57,774 bases of DNA, from the NCBI GenBank assembly GCA_963775425.1, contig CAVZJB010000009.1, positions 336,616 to 394,389 on the forward strand. Direction: 5' to 3'. This stretch comes from an uncultured delta proteobacterium (GTDB lineage Bacteria; Myxococcota; UBA727; VGSZ01). The first letter of the stretch is position 1, and each line of letters begins with the position of its first letter. Below, piece after piece: positions 24,704-33,820 of the stretch. The translations under genes were made by a program, and so were the position numbers. The notes below the pieces were generated by a model. It saw only the letters and a program-made list of their open reading frames with translations. It was not told the DNA's origin and did not search any database.

Positions 24704-25801
24704 ATGACCGAGCACGCGCATCACCCGGCGGCGCAGACGCTGTCGGCGATCCTCACCGGCGCCGTCGCGGCAGGCGCGTCCGACGTGCACCTGCGCACGG
24801 GATCGCCGCCGTTCTTTCGCGACAACGGCCAGATCGTGCGCATGGGCGAGACACCCGTGAGCGCCGTCGACGTCGTCGAGATGATCCGGATCTTCTCAGG
24901 CCGCGAGATCGGCGCCGTGGGACCCGCGTTCGAGTTCTCGTTCGACGCCGGCCCCGCCTTCCGGGTTCGAGCTCATGCGTTCCGCTCCAACGAGGGCTGG
25001 GGTCTGGCGCTGCGGCTGGTGCCGGCGGCCGTCCCCGGGTTCGCCGACCTGCGCCTGCCGCCGGTGGTGAAGACCTTCGCCCAGGCCCGTCCCGGCCTCG
25101 TCCTGGTCACGGGGCCGATGGGCAGCGGCAAGTCCACGACGTCCGCGGCGATGCTCCAATACATGGCGGGCGAGGAGAGCATCCACATCGTCACGCTGGA
25201 AGATCCCATCGAGTACCGCCTGCGCACGCAGCGGTCCTGCGTGAGCCAACGCGAGCTCGGCCGCGACGCCGTCGACCTGCCCACCGCGTTGCGCGACGCC
25301 CTGCGCGAAGATCCCGACGTCCTGTTCATCGGTGAGCTGCGCGACTCCAAGGACCTCGACGTCGCGCTGCACGCCGCCGACATGGGCGTCGGCGTCTTCG
25401 CCACGTTTCACACGCACGGCGCTGCACAAACGCTGGCGCGGCTCGTCGCGATGCACCCGGTCGAGCAGCAGATCGCAGCGCGCGAGCGCATCGCCGAGTC
25501 CCTGCGCGGCGTGCTCTCGCAGCGCCTCGTGGCCCGCCGCGGCTCCGCCTCGCGCGTCCTCGCCACCGAGGTCCTCGTCAACACGTACTCGGTCAAGGAG
25601 TGCGTGCGCGACCCCGCGCGTCAAAAGACGCTCCCGAGCGTGCTCGAGCGCGGCGGCGATCAAGGGATGCACACCTTCGACCAGAGCCTGCTCGCGCTGT
25701 GCAGCGCGGGGATCGTCGACGTCGAGAACGCCGCCAGCCTGGCGTCGTCCCCGGGAAACCTGCGGCGCGCCCTCAACCTCTCGGCGATGAACGCCGCATG
25801 A
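24704..25801 (+). CDS. PilT-family hexameric ATPase (type IV pilus retraction ATPase family, GspE/PilT/PilU clade)
   Basis: 365 aa. N-terminal GASDVHLRTGSPPFFRDNGQI. Walker A LVLVTGPMGSGKSTT. Asp box IVTLEDPIEY. Walker B DVLFIGELRD. His box ATFHTHGAAQT. C-terminal GMHTFDQSLLALCSAGIV. Collinear with PilT across its full length. Confidence 0.88.
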   Translation: MTEHAHHPAAQTLSAILTGAVAAGASDVHLRTGSPPFFRDNGQIVRMGETPVSAVDVVEMIRIFSGREIGAVGPAFEFSFDAGPAFRVRAHAFRSNEGWGLALRLVPAAVPGFADLRLPPVVKTFAQARPGLVLVTGPMGSGKSTTSAAMLQYMAGEESIHIVTLEDPIEYRLRTQRSCVSQRELGRDAVDLPTALRDALREDPDVLFIGELRDSKDLDVALHAADMGVGVFATFHTHGAAQTLARLVAMHPVEQQIAARERIAESLRGVLSQRLVARRGSASRVLATEVLVNTYSVKECVRDPARQKTLPSVLERGGDQGMHTFDQSLLALCSAGIVDVENAASLASSPGNLRRALNLSAMNAA

Positions 25802-25823
25802 ACGCGGAGCGAGGTCTGTTCCC

Positions 25824-26030
25824 ATGATCCCCCTGACGCGCCTCGATGGAACCACGTTCTTCTTGAACCCGGCGCTGATGGTGACCGTGGAAGAGGCGCC
25901 GGACACGGTGATCAACCTGTCCACCGGCACGAGCATCATGGTGCTCGAGGACGCGGCGGAGATCGTCGACCTCATCATCGTCTTCCACCGCCGCATTCAG
26001 CTCGGGCCCATGCTCGAAGGAGCGGAGTGA
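25824..26030 (+). CDS. flbD: flagellar protein FlbD
   Basis: 68 aa: MIPLTRLDGTTFFLNPALMVTVEEAPDTVINLSTGTSIMVLEDAAEIVDLIIVFHRRI matches the FlbD family (MIKLTRLNG...PDTVI). Lies immediately upstream of motA. Confidence 0.85.
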   Translation: MIPLTRLDGTTFFLNPALMVTVEEAPDTVINLSTGTSIMVLEDAAEIVDLIIVFHRRIQLGPMLEGAE

Positions 26031-26033
26031 GAC

Positions 26034-26789
26034 ATGGACTTCGCGACGCTCGGTGGCTTGATCTTCTCGCTGGGGTGCATCCTCGGTGGGCAGGCGCTCG
26101 AGGGAGGCCACGCGGGCTCCCTCATGCAGCTCACCGCCTTCATCATCGTTCTCGGCGGCACCATCGGCGCCGTCTCCGTCGGGTCGCCCCCCGCCCTGAT
26201 CAAAGACGGCGCTGCGATGATCAAGCTCGCCCTGTTCCCGCCCAAGGACGACACCGCCAAGCTCACGGGGGAGCTGCTGGAGCTCGCGACGCTGGCGCGC
26301 AAGGAAGGCGTGCTCGCGCTCGAGCCCAAGCTCGCCGAGCTCGAGGACCCGTTCTTCAAGAGGGCGCTGCAGATGATCGTCGACGGCGTCGACCGCGCGG
26401 TGACGCGCGACATCCTCGAGGCTGACGCCATTCACGCCGCGAAGAGCGAGCTCGCCGCGGCAAAGCTCTGGGAGCAGGCGGGAGGGTACTCGCCCACCGT
26501 CGGCATCCTCGGCGCCGTCCTCGGCCTCATCCACGTGATGGAGAACCTGTCCGATCCATCCAAGCTCGGCGGCGGTATCGCCACGGCGTTCGTCGCCACG
26601 GTCTACGGCGTCGGTACCGCCAACCTCTTCTTCTTGCCGGTTGCCAACAAGCTCAAGCTGCGTATCCAGAACGCCAAAGACCGCAAGATCCTCGTCATCG
26701 AGGCCGCGCTCGGCATCCAGGAGGGCCTGCCCACGAGCGTCCTCGCGGAGAAGCTCACCTCCTACGGGGGCAAGCATGAGCAGACTTGA
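26034..26789 (+). CDS. motA: flagellar stator protein MotA (MotA/TolQ/ExbB channel family)
   Basis: 251 aa with 4 TM segments and the conserved plug/TM3-TM4 region (ILGAVLGLIHVMENL...IATAFVATVYGVGTANLFFLPVANKL). Confidence 0.9.
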   Translation: MDFATLGGLIFSLGCILGGQALEGGHAGSLMQLTAFIIVLGGTIGAVSVGSPPALIKDGAAMIKLALFPPKDDTAKLTGELLELATLARKEGVLALEPKLAELEDPFFKRALQMIVDGVDRAVTRDILEADAIHAAKSELAAAKLWEQAGGYSPTVGILGAVLGLIHVMENLSDPSKLGGGIATAFVATVYGVGTANLFFLPVANKLKLRIQNAKDRKILVIEAALGIQEGLPTSVLAEKLTSYGGKHEQT

Positions 26790-27558
26790 CCACGAGGAGG
26801 AGGAGCACGAGAACCACGAGCGATGGCTCGTGTCCTACGCGGACTTCATCACGCTCCTCTTCGCGTTTTTCGTCGTGATGTACGCCATCAGCTCCGTGGA
26901 TCAGAAGCGCGCCATCCGCGTGGAGAACTCGGTGCGCTGGGCGCTGCATATCGCCGGGCACGGCGGGGGCGGCGACCGCATGCTCAATCCGGAGGCGCTC
27001 ATGCCCGGTGCCCCGTCGGTGGAGATGATCCGCAAGACCGACCGCGAGAGGTCGAGCGACGAAAAGCTGGTGAAGACCGTGCGCGCGCACATCGTGCGCA
27101 AGGTGTCCAACACGGGCGCGGGTGAGGCGCGGCCGTCGGTGTTGGTGATGCTCGAGGGCCGAACGCTCGTGGTGCGCGTCTCCACTTTGAACCTCTTTGA
27201 CGAGGGGAAGGCGGTGTTGCGGCCGTCGGCGCTCGGCACCCTCGACGCCGTGCTCGCGGAGGTGGGCGCGCTGAACAAGCCGGTCCGCGTCGAGGGACAC
27301 ACCGACAGCTCGGGCGCGTCCGCGGTGTTCGACAAGAACTGGGCGCTGTCCGCCGAGCGCGCCGCGTCCGTGGTCGCGTACGCGGAGGCCGCCGGCTACA
27401 TCGACACCAAGCTGCTGTCGCTCGCCGGCTACGGCGCGCGGCGGCCGGTGGCGCCCAACGACACGCCCGAGGGGCGGGAACGAAACCGCCGCATCGATAT
27501 CGTCGTGGACCTGGCGGCGCCCGACGTGTCGGACGTTGTAAGTGCGCCGGCGGACTGA
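26776..27558 (+). CDS. motB: flagellar stator protein MotB (OmpA-like C-terminal peptidoglycan-binding domain)
   Basis: Internal ATG MSRLDHEEEEHENHERWLVSYADFITLLFAFFVVMYAIS (conserved MotB TM with the Asp in YADFITLL). C-terminal OmpA-like VEGHTDSSGASAVFDKNWALSAERAASVV. Overlaps the motA 3' end by 14 nt. Confidence 0.9.
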   Translation: MSRLDHEEEEHENHERWLVSYADFITLLFAFFVVMYAISSVDQKRAIRVENSVRWALHIAGHGGGGDRMLNPEALMPGAPSVEMIRKTDRERSSDEKLVKTVRAHIVRKVSNTGAGEARPSVLVMLEGRTLVVRVSTLNLFDEGKAVLRPSALGTLDAVLAEVGALNKPVRVEGHTDSSGASAVFDKNWALSAERAASVVAYAEAAGYIDTKLLSLAGYGARRPVAPNDTPEGRERNRRIDIVVDLAAPDVSDVVSAPAD

Positions 27559-27614
27559 CGGATCTCCGATTCCCGAGCCTTCAGAAGGCCGGACCGTCGC
27601 CGATGTGACGGTGC

Positions 27615-28739
27615 ATGCATATCGTCTACGCACCCGGTTCGGCGCTCGCTCCCGTGGTCGAGCAATGCCGCTTCGTCGCTCCGAGCGACGCCACAGTGCT
27701 CCTGCTCGGCGAGACCGGCACCGGCAAAGAGGTGTTCGCGCGCCACATCCATGACAGCAGCAAGCGCGCGGCCGGCGCATTCGTCGCCGTCAACTGCGGC
27801 GCGATCCCCGAAGCGTTGCTCGAGGCCGAGCTCTTCGGTCACGTGCGCGGCGCCTTCACCGGGGCCGACCGCAGCCGCCGGGGACGCGTGGCTGCGGCGG
27901 AGGGCGGCACCCTCTTCCTCGACGAGGTCGCCGAGCTGCCGCTGTCGCTGCAGGTGAAGCTCCTGCGCCTGCTGCAGGAGCGCACCTACGAGCCCGTGGG
28001 CGAGGCGTCGTCGGTGCGGGCGGACTTTCGTTTGATGGCTGCCACCAACAAGGACCTCGAAGCGGAGGTGGAGGCGGGCCGCTTTCGCCGCGACCTCTAT
28101 TACCGGCTCTTCGTTTGCCCCGTGGAGCTCCCGGCGCTCCGCGAGCGCCGCGACGACGTCGACGCGCTGTTCGCGCACTTCTGGGCGGAGCGCGGCGAGC
28201 AGCGCCCCGTCGAGCCGGCGGTGCTGGCGCACCTGCGCGCGTATGCGTGGCCCGGGAACGTGCGCGAGCTCGAAAACGTCATCGAGCGCCTCTCGGTGTG
28301 CTCGCCGGGGCCCGCGATCACGGAGGACGACCTCCCCGCCGGCTACCGCGGCCGCGCGCCGGCCGCGCCGCGCGCGCAGCTCATGCTCACGCGCCCCGTG
28401 CCGCGTCGTCCGGATCACGCTTCGCCGCTCGACGGCGACGACGTCGCCGCCGCCGACGGCTCCCTGCTCCCGCGGATGCCGGCCCCCGTGCCGGGCCGCC
28501 TCCCCCCGATGAGCCTCGGCGCGCTCCTCCGCGACGTCGAGTGCGCCTACATCGACGCCGCGCTCGCGCAGACGCAGGGCAACCGCCAGGCGGCGGCGAC
28601 GCTGCTCGGCCTGCAGCGCACCACGCTCGTCGAGAAGCTGCGCCGCCGCCAGGCGAGCGACGGGCGAGCGTCTGTGAGCTCGGCGGAGGGCGACGCGGTC
28701 CTGCCGGCGTCTCCTGCGTCCGTGGTGCGGAGCGCCTGA
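27615..28739 (+). CDS. sigma-54 enhancer-binding protein lacking an N-terminal regulatory domain (AAA+ sigma-54 activator + Fis-type HTH)
   Basis: Starts directly in the sigma-54 interaction domain ([23 protein letters not shown]). GAFTGA present. [24 protein letters not shown]-terminal [27 protein letters not shown]. Embedded between motB and flgB. Confidence 0.88.
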   Translation: MHIVYAPGSALAPVVEQCRFVAPSDATVLLLGETGTGKEVFARHIHDSSKRAAGAFVAVNCGAIPEALLEAELFGHVRGAFTGADRSRRGRVAAAEGGTLFLDEVAELPLSLQVKLLRLLQERTYEPVGEASSVRADFRLMAATNKDLEAEVEAGRFRRDLYYRLFVCPVELPALRERRDDVDALFAHFWAERGEQRPVEPAVLAHLRAYAWPGNVRELENVIERLSVCSPGPAITEDDLPAGYRGRAPAAPRAQLMLTRPVPRRPDHASPLDGDDVAAADGSLLPRMPAPVPGRLPPMSLGALLRDVECAYIDAALAQTQGNRQAAATLLGLQRTTLVEKLRRRQASDGRASVSSAEGDAVLPASPASVVRSA

Positions 28740-29975
28740 GTGCTGCCGCTCGCCGTCCTCCTGACCCTCGCGCCGTCCGCGCCGCCCGCCGCTCGTACGG
28801 CCCTCGGCGAGGTCGTGGGCATCGAGCGCTTCGCGGTGCCGGCGGTGGCGCGCGTGAGCGTCGACGCGCTGGCCGGCACGGTGACGCTGCGCGGGGTCAA
28901 GCGGGCGCCGACGACGTCGTCGATCTGTCCCCGTGTCGACGACGCGCGTGCGCGGCACGGGGTCGTCGAGCTGCGGTGCCGGACGCATCACCTCGAGGCG
29001 CGCATCGTCCACGCCCCGAAGGGTCGGCGCGCCGCGCGCACGCCCGGCGCTCTGCTCGAGATCGTGGAGCTGAGCGCGGCGCCGCAAAAGGACGGCGAGG
29101 GCTCGCTGCCGTTGTTTGCGTACGACCAGGAGGAGATCGGCGCCGGCGGCGCGTGCCCCGGCGACACCCCCGCGAGCCGCGGCGAGTGCGCCCTCGACGC
29201 GGGGAGCGTGTCGACGGCCGTGAAGGAATTCACGCTCGCGCTCGAGGGCGCGAACGCGCCGTTCGCGGCGCTCCGCCTCGGCGACATCGCCGCGTCGCTC
29301 GACGACATCGACCGCGCGACGCGCTTTTGGGACCGCGTCGGGCCGCGAGGATCGCTCGCGCGCCTGGCCGCCGCGCGCCTGTGTGAGTACGTGGGCGGTT
29401 GCCTGGAGAGGACGGAGGCTGGCGTGACCTTCGCCGCCCTCGACGACGCTGGGCTGCCCGCGCCCCTCGCCGACGAGCTGGTGCTGCGCCACGCCCGCGT
29501 CCTCGCCTACGACGGTCGCCTCGGCGACGCCCTCTCGCTGCTCGTCGACCGCACGCACGACGGCCGCGCGCCTTGCGCTCGCGCGACGCCGCTGTGTCGC
29601 CGCCTCGCACGCGCCGGTCTCGAGAGCGACAGCGACGCCGACGGCGCCGCCGCGCTCGCCCTCGCGCTCGGCCTCACGCGCAAAGGCGAGCCCGACATCG
29701 AGCTCGTGCGCCTCGCGGCGGAGCGCGCCGCGGCCTTCGGCGCGCCCGGGTTCGCCGCGAACCTCCTGGCGTCGTCGACGGCGGGGGCGCCGGCGGCGGC
29801 GGTGGAGGAGCCGCTGTTGCGGAGCGCCGAGCTGTACCTCGCCTCCGGCGACGCCGTGCGCGCCGCCACCGTCATGCGGTTCTTGCGCGCGCACTTGAAA
29901 CACCCGCGCGACCGCCGGCGCATTCGCGACATCACCGCCCGCATTCGCGCCGCGGGGGAGCAGGAGGGAACGTGA
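28740..29975 (+). CDS. hypothetical secreted protein (signal peptide, multiple Cys, Ala/Leu-rich C-terminal half) inside the flagellar operon
   Basis: 411 aa. GTG start overlaps the activator stop (TGAGTG). N-terminus MLPLAVLLTLAPSAPPAA. High GC3. No family recognised. Stop overlaps the flgB GTG. Confidence 0.6.
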   Translation: MLPLAVLLTLAPSAPPAARTALGEVVGIERFAVPAVARVSVDALAGTVTLRGVKRAPTTSSICPRVDDARARHGVVELRCRTHHLEARIVHAPKGRRAARTPGALLEIVELSAAPQKDGEGSLPLFAYDQEEIGAGGACPGDTPASRGECALDAGSVSTAVKEFTLALEGANAPFAALRLGDIAASLDDIDRATRFWDRVGPRGSLARLAAARLCEYVGGCLERTEAGVTFAALDDAGLPAPLADELVLRHARVLAYDGRLGDALSLLVDRTHDGRAPCARATPLCRRLARAGLESDSDADGAAALALALGLTRKGEPDIELVRLAAERAAAFGAPGFAANLLASSTAGAPAAAVEEPLLRSAELYLASGDAVRAATVMRFLRAHLKHPRDRRRIRDITARIRAAGEQEGT

Positions 29976-30325
29976 AGATCTTCGACGCATCGCTCGTGTC
30001 GCTCGAGCACGCGCTCGACGTCCGCGGCCGCCGGCACACCGCGCTCGCCGGTGACCTCGCCAACGCCGACACGCCCGGGTTCATGCCCGTGGATGTCCCG
30101 TTCGACGAGGCCATGGCGGCGGCGGGGCGCGAAGGCGCGGCCCCCGTGGAGGCGCGCGAGAGCGAAGAGATCGCGGGCGCGCCCGGCATCGACGGCAACC
30201 GCGTCGACGTCGACCGGACGCTCGCCGCCCTCGCCGAAAACGGCATGCAGTACAGCGCCGCCGCGCGCGCCGCGAGCAAGAAGCTCGCGATCCTCCGCTA
30301 CGTCGCCGGCGACGGCGTCGGCTGA
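29972..30325 (+). CDS. flgB: flagellar basal-body rod protein FlgB
   Basis: 117 aa from GTG (AGGAGGG 5 nt upstream). LAGDLANADTPGFMP and C-terminal MQYSAAARAASKKLAILRYV. The ORF-track reading 29399- is an Arg-rich extension in the wrong start context. Confidence 0.88.
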   Translation: MKIFDASLVSLEHALDVRGRRHTALAGDLANADTPGFMPVDVPFDEAMAAAGREGAAPVEARESEEIAGAPGIDGNRVDVDRTLAALAENGMQYSAAARAASKKLAILRYVAGDGVG

Positions 30326-30338
30326 AAGGAAGAGAACC

Positions 30339-30743
30339 GTGAACGTCTTTCGAGCCCTCGAAGTCAGCGCGTCCGGCATGGCGGCCGAGCGCACGCGCGT
30401 GAACCTGGCTTCCTCCAACCTCGCCAACGCCGAGACCACGCGCACCGCCGACGGCGGCCCCTACAAGCGCCTCGACCCCGTGTTCGAGGCGCAGCCGCTC
30501 GAGGAGGACGGCGCCGTCGGCGTCCGCGTGGCCGAGGTCAAAGAGGACCAGTCGCCCGGGCGGCCGGTGTACATGCCGGGCCACCCCGACGCCGACGAAA
30601 ACGGCTTCGTCACCCTCCCGAACGTGAACCCGGTCGACGAGGTCGTGAACATGCTCTCGGCCCAGCGGGGCTACGAAGCGAACGCCTCCGCCGTGGACAC
30701 GGTCAAGGTCATGGCGCAGCGCGCGCTCGACATCATGAGGTAG
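30339..30743 (+). CDS. flgC: flagellar basal-body rod protein FlgC
   Basis: 134 aa from GTG (AGGAAG upstream). VNVFRALEVSASGMAAERTRVNLASSNLANAETT ... MLSAQRGYEANASAVDTVKVMAQRALDI. Confidence 0.9.
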   Translation: MNVFRALEVSASGMAAERTRVNLASSNLANAETTRTADGGPYKRLDPVFEAQPLEEDGAVGVRVAEVKEDQSPGRPVYMPGHPDADENGFVTLPNVNPVDEVVNMLSAQRGYEANASAVDTVKVMAQRALDIMR

Positions 30744-30746
30744 CCG

Positions 30747-31061
30747 ATGAAGATCCAGACGCCGAGCTTCGAGATTCCCACGCCCCCCGCGTCCGCGCGC
30801 ACGAACGCGGCGGCGCCCGCGGCGGCGCAGCCGGCGACGGAGGCGGGCGGCTTCGGCCAGGCCGTCGCAGACGCCATCGACGGCGCCGAGCAGGCGCAGC
30901 AGGCGGGCGACGTCGAAGCCGGCAAGCTCGCGCGCGGCGAGGGCAACCTGCACGAAGCGGCGCTCGCCCTCGAGAAGGCCGACATCTCGATGCGCCTGAT
31001 GGTGAAGGCGCGCAACAAGATCGTCGAGGCGTACCAGGACATCATGCGCATGCCGGTGTGA
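30747..31061 (+). CDS. fliE: flagellar hook-basal body protein FliE
   Basis: 104 aa. C-terminal [37 protein letters not shown] is the FliE signature. Confidence 0.9.
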   Translation: MKIQTPSFEIPTPPASARTNAAAPAAAQPATEAGGFGQAVADAIDGAEQAQQAGDVEAGKLARGEGNLHEAALALEKADISMRLMVKARNKIVEAYQDIMRMPV

Positions 31062-31093
31062 CGTCGACGACGTCGTCGATGGAGGAGTGAGAC

Positions 31094-32701
31094 GTGAACC
31101 AGATGGCCAACGAGCTGCGGAAGCTCCCCGGACGCGTGATGACACTGCCGCGCGGCGCCAAGATCGGCGGCGCCGTGGCGCTCGCGCTCGTCGCCCTGCT
31201 GGTGGCGGCGGCGGTGGCGCTCGGCGGCGGCGACGCCGGCTACCGCTACGTCTTCACCAAGCTCACGCCCGAGGACGGCGCCGCCAGCGCGGACGCGTTG
31301 CGCGCCGCCGGCATCCCATTTCGCGTCGAGGCCGCCGGCGACGCCATCGCCGTCCCCGCGGATCGCGTGCACGACGCGCGGCTGCTGCTCGCGTCGCAGG
31401 GGCTGCCGCGCGCCGGCGGCGTCGGCTTCGAGCTGTTCGACAAGGGGGATCTCGGCGTCTCCGAGTTCACCCAGAAGGTGAACCTGCAGCGCGCGCTCGA
31501 GGGTGAGCTGACGCGCACCATCGCTTCGATGCCCAAGGTGCGCGAAGCGCGTGTGCACATCACCATGCCGCGCAAGGGCCTCCTGCGCAGCGACAGCGAC
31601 GGCGCCTCGGCGGCGGTGATGGTTCGGCTCGAGCCGGGCCGCCGGCTCGACGACCGTGAGGCCGCCGGGCTGCGGCACCTCGTCGCCGCCGCCGTGCCGG
31701 ACCTGTCCGCGGAGCGCGTGACCCTCGTCGACGAAAACGGCGACAGCATCGGCAACACGCCCGACTCCGGGGGCGGCGCGCAAGAGGCCGCGCAGAAGCT
31801 CGAGCGAGAGCTCGAGCGGCGCGTGACCGCGCTCGTCGAGCCCGTGGTGGGCAAAGGCAACGTGGTGGCGCGCGTGACGGCCGACATGGACATGGCCGAG
31901 GAGGACGAGACGCAGTCGAGCTACGACCCGGATCGCTCGGCGCTGCGCAGCGAGCACAAGCGCACGGAGCAGCAAAACAGCAGCGACGGCGCGCAGGCCG
32001 GTGTCGCCGGCGCCGCGGCGAACAAGCCGGTGCCGCCGCCGCAGAACCTGGCGCCTGCGCGCGTGCAGCAGAAGAACGACAACGTCGTGGACTCCACGAG
32101 CAACTTCGAGGTCACCGGTACGGTCACGCGCCGCGTGAAGCGCGTCCCGCGGCTGGTGCGGCTGTCCGTGGGCGTCGTCGTCGACGCCAAGGACGGCAAG
32201 GCGCGCAGCGACGACGAGATCAAGCAGCTCACCGCCTTGGCCAAGCACGCCGTCGGCTTCGACGAGGAGCGCGGTGACCAGATCGAGGTCACGAGCGCGC
32301 CGTTCCTGCGCGAGGCGCCGGAGCCGCTGCCGCCGGCCGCGCCCGTCGGCGTCATGGCGAGCCTCCCTTCGTGGGCGCCGGTGGGCGCCGGGGCGCTCGC
32401 GGCGCTCCTCGCGGCGGCCGCGGTCGGGGTCGTGTTGCTGCGGACGCGGAGCCGTGCGCGGCGCTCGCGGGAAGCGCTCACCGCCGGCGCGGGCAACCAG
32501 CTCGAGGCAGGGCTGCTCAAGGCCGCCTCGTCGGGCGCCGTGACCGTCTCCTTGTCGCGACCGGCGCAGGAGCTTGGACCGCGCGAGCGCGCACGGCAGC
32601 TCGCCGAGATGGAGCCGCAGCGCGCCGCGCGCGTCCTCGAAGCGTGGCTCGAAACAGACATCGACAGCGAAGATCACGCGGAGGTGCTCCATGGCCGCTG
32701 A
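31094..32701 (+). CDS. fliF: flagellar MS-ring protein FliF
   Basis: 535 aa. N-terminal TM. YVFTKLTPEDGAASADALRAAGIPFRV. ring-building motifs. C-terminal TM and FliG-binding tail. ATG at 31103 is an alternative start. Confidence 0.92.
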   Translation: MNQMANELRKLPGRVMTLPRGAKIGGAVALALVALLVAAAVALGGGDAGYRYVFTKLTPEDGAASADALRAAGIPFRVEAAGDAIAVPADRVHDARLLLASQGLPRAGGVGFELFDKGDLGVSEFTQKVNLQRALEGELTRTIASMPKVREARVHITMPRKGLLRSDSDGASAAVMVRLEPGRRLDDREAAGLRHLVAAAVPDLSAERVTLVDENGDSIGNTPDSGGGAQEAAQKLERELERRVTALVEPVVGKGNVVARVTADMDMAEEDETQSSYDPDRSALRSEHKRTEQQNSSDGAQAGVAGAAANKPVPPPQNLAPARVQQKNDNVVDSTSNFEVTGTVTRRVKRVPRLVRLSVGVVVDAKDGKARSDDEIKQLTALAKHAVGFDEERGDQIEVTSAPFLREAPEPLPPAAPVGVMASLPSWAPVGAGALAALLAAAAVGVVLLRTRSRARRSREALTAGAGNQLEAGLLKAASSGAVTVSLSRPAQELGPRERARQLAEMEPQRAARVLEAWLETDIDSEDHAEVLHGR

Positions 32702-33758
32702 CGGAACCGTTGCGGTGAAGACCGCCAAGACGACCCCGACGACGTCGACGACGCCCGCGGGGGCGGGGGCCGCGCCGCGGGGCGCACGTGCGGCCGCGGC
32801 GCTCCTCGCGCTCGGGCCGGAGGCGGCGGCCGAGGTGCTGCGCCTGCTGCCGCAGTCGGCGGTGGCCAAGCTCGCGCGAAGCGCGCACGTCCTCGAGAGC
32901 GCGCCGTCGAGCGCCGTCGACGACGTCGCCCGCGAGTTTGTGTCGGCCATGGAGGGCTACGCGACGGGCGCGGAGACGCGCGGCATCGCGCTTCGCGAGA
33001 TCATGGAGCGCGCGCTCGGCGAGGACGGCGTGCGCCGCGCGTTGGCGCCGCCGCCGACGCCCGAGGACAAGCGCATGCAGCCGCTGGTCGACGTCGAGGC
33101 CGGCAATCTCGCGTTGCTCCTGGAGGCCGAGCAGGCGCCGACGGTGGCGCTCGTGCTGTCGCTCCTGCCCGCGGCGAAGGCCGCGGCGGTCCTCGCCAAG
33201 ATGCCCGAGCAGGCGCGCGGGGCGGTGCTCCGGGGCGTGTTCTCGTTGTCGTCGGTGTCACCGGACGTGGTCGACGACGTCGTCGCCGGCCTCACCGACC
33301 AGGTGCAGCGCTTCGTGAAGAACGGAAAGCGCCGCACCGTCGACGGCACGCAAGCGGCCGTGTCCATCCTGCGGCTCCTCGCGCCGGACATGCAGCGCGC
33401 CGCCGTCGACGACATCGAGCGCGGCGACGCCGCGCTCGCCGAGACCATCCGCGGCAAGCTCATCGCGTTCGAGGACATCGGCGACCTCAGCCGCAAGGAG
33501 ATCCAGCTCTTCCTGCAGACCTGCGACGCCCGCACGCTGGCGTTGGCGCTCAAGGGTGCGCCGGAGTCCCTGGTCGAAAAGATGCTCGCGAACATGTCGC
33601 AGCGCGCAGGCGCCGCCTTGCGCGAGGAGATCGAGATGATCGGCCGCGCGCGGCTCTCGCAGGTGGAGGCGGCGCAGGCGGACCTCATCAAGGTCGTCCT
33701 GCACCTCGCTGAAGAGGGCAAGGTCAACCTCCTCGGCTCCTCCGAGAAGATGGTCTGA
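32691..33758 (+). CDS. fliG: flagellar motor switch protein FliG
   Basis: 355 aa from internal ATG (MAADGTV, GGAGGTG 6 nt upstream). Overlaps the fliF end. ARM-repeat body with MgtE_N-like segments and the C-terminal torque helix region (LREEIEMIGRARLSQVEAAQADLIKVVLHLAEEGKV). Confidence 0.92.
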   Translation: MAADGTVAVKTAKTTPTTSTTPAGAGAAPRGARAAAALLALGPEAAAEVLRLLPQSAVAKLARSAHVLESAPSSAVDDVAREFVSAMEGYATGAETRGIALREIMERALGEDGVRRALAPPPTPEDKRMQPLVDVEAGNLALLLEAEQAPTVALVLSLLPAAKAAAVLAKMPEQARGAVLRGVFSLSSVSPDVVDDVVAGLTDQVQRFVKNGKRRTVDGTQAAVSILRLLAPDMQRAAVDDIERGDAALAETIRGKLIAFEDIGDLSRKEIQLFLQTCDARTLALALKGAPESLVEKMLANMSQRAGAALREEIEMIGRARLSQVEAAQADLIKVVLHLAEEGKVNLLGSSEKMV

Positions 33759-33820
33759 CGCCTCGCCCGGTCGCGAAGGGATCGGGTCAAGGTCCTGGCG
33801 GGGCTGCCGATGGTGACAAG

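Noticed and set aside
27578-27590. Palindrome GCCTTCaGAAGGC upstream of the receiver-less sigma-54 activator
   Set aside because: Single 13-bp palindrome with no second copy or partner motif seen. Too little to call a binding site.
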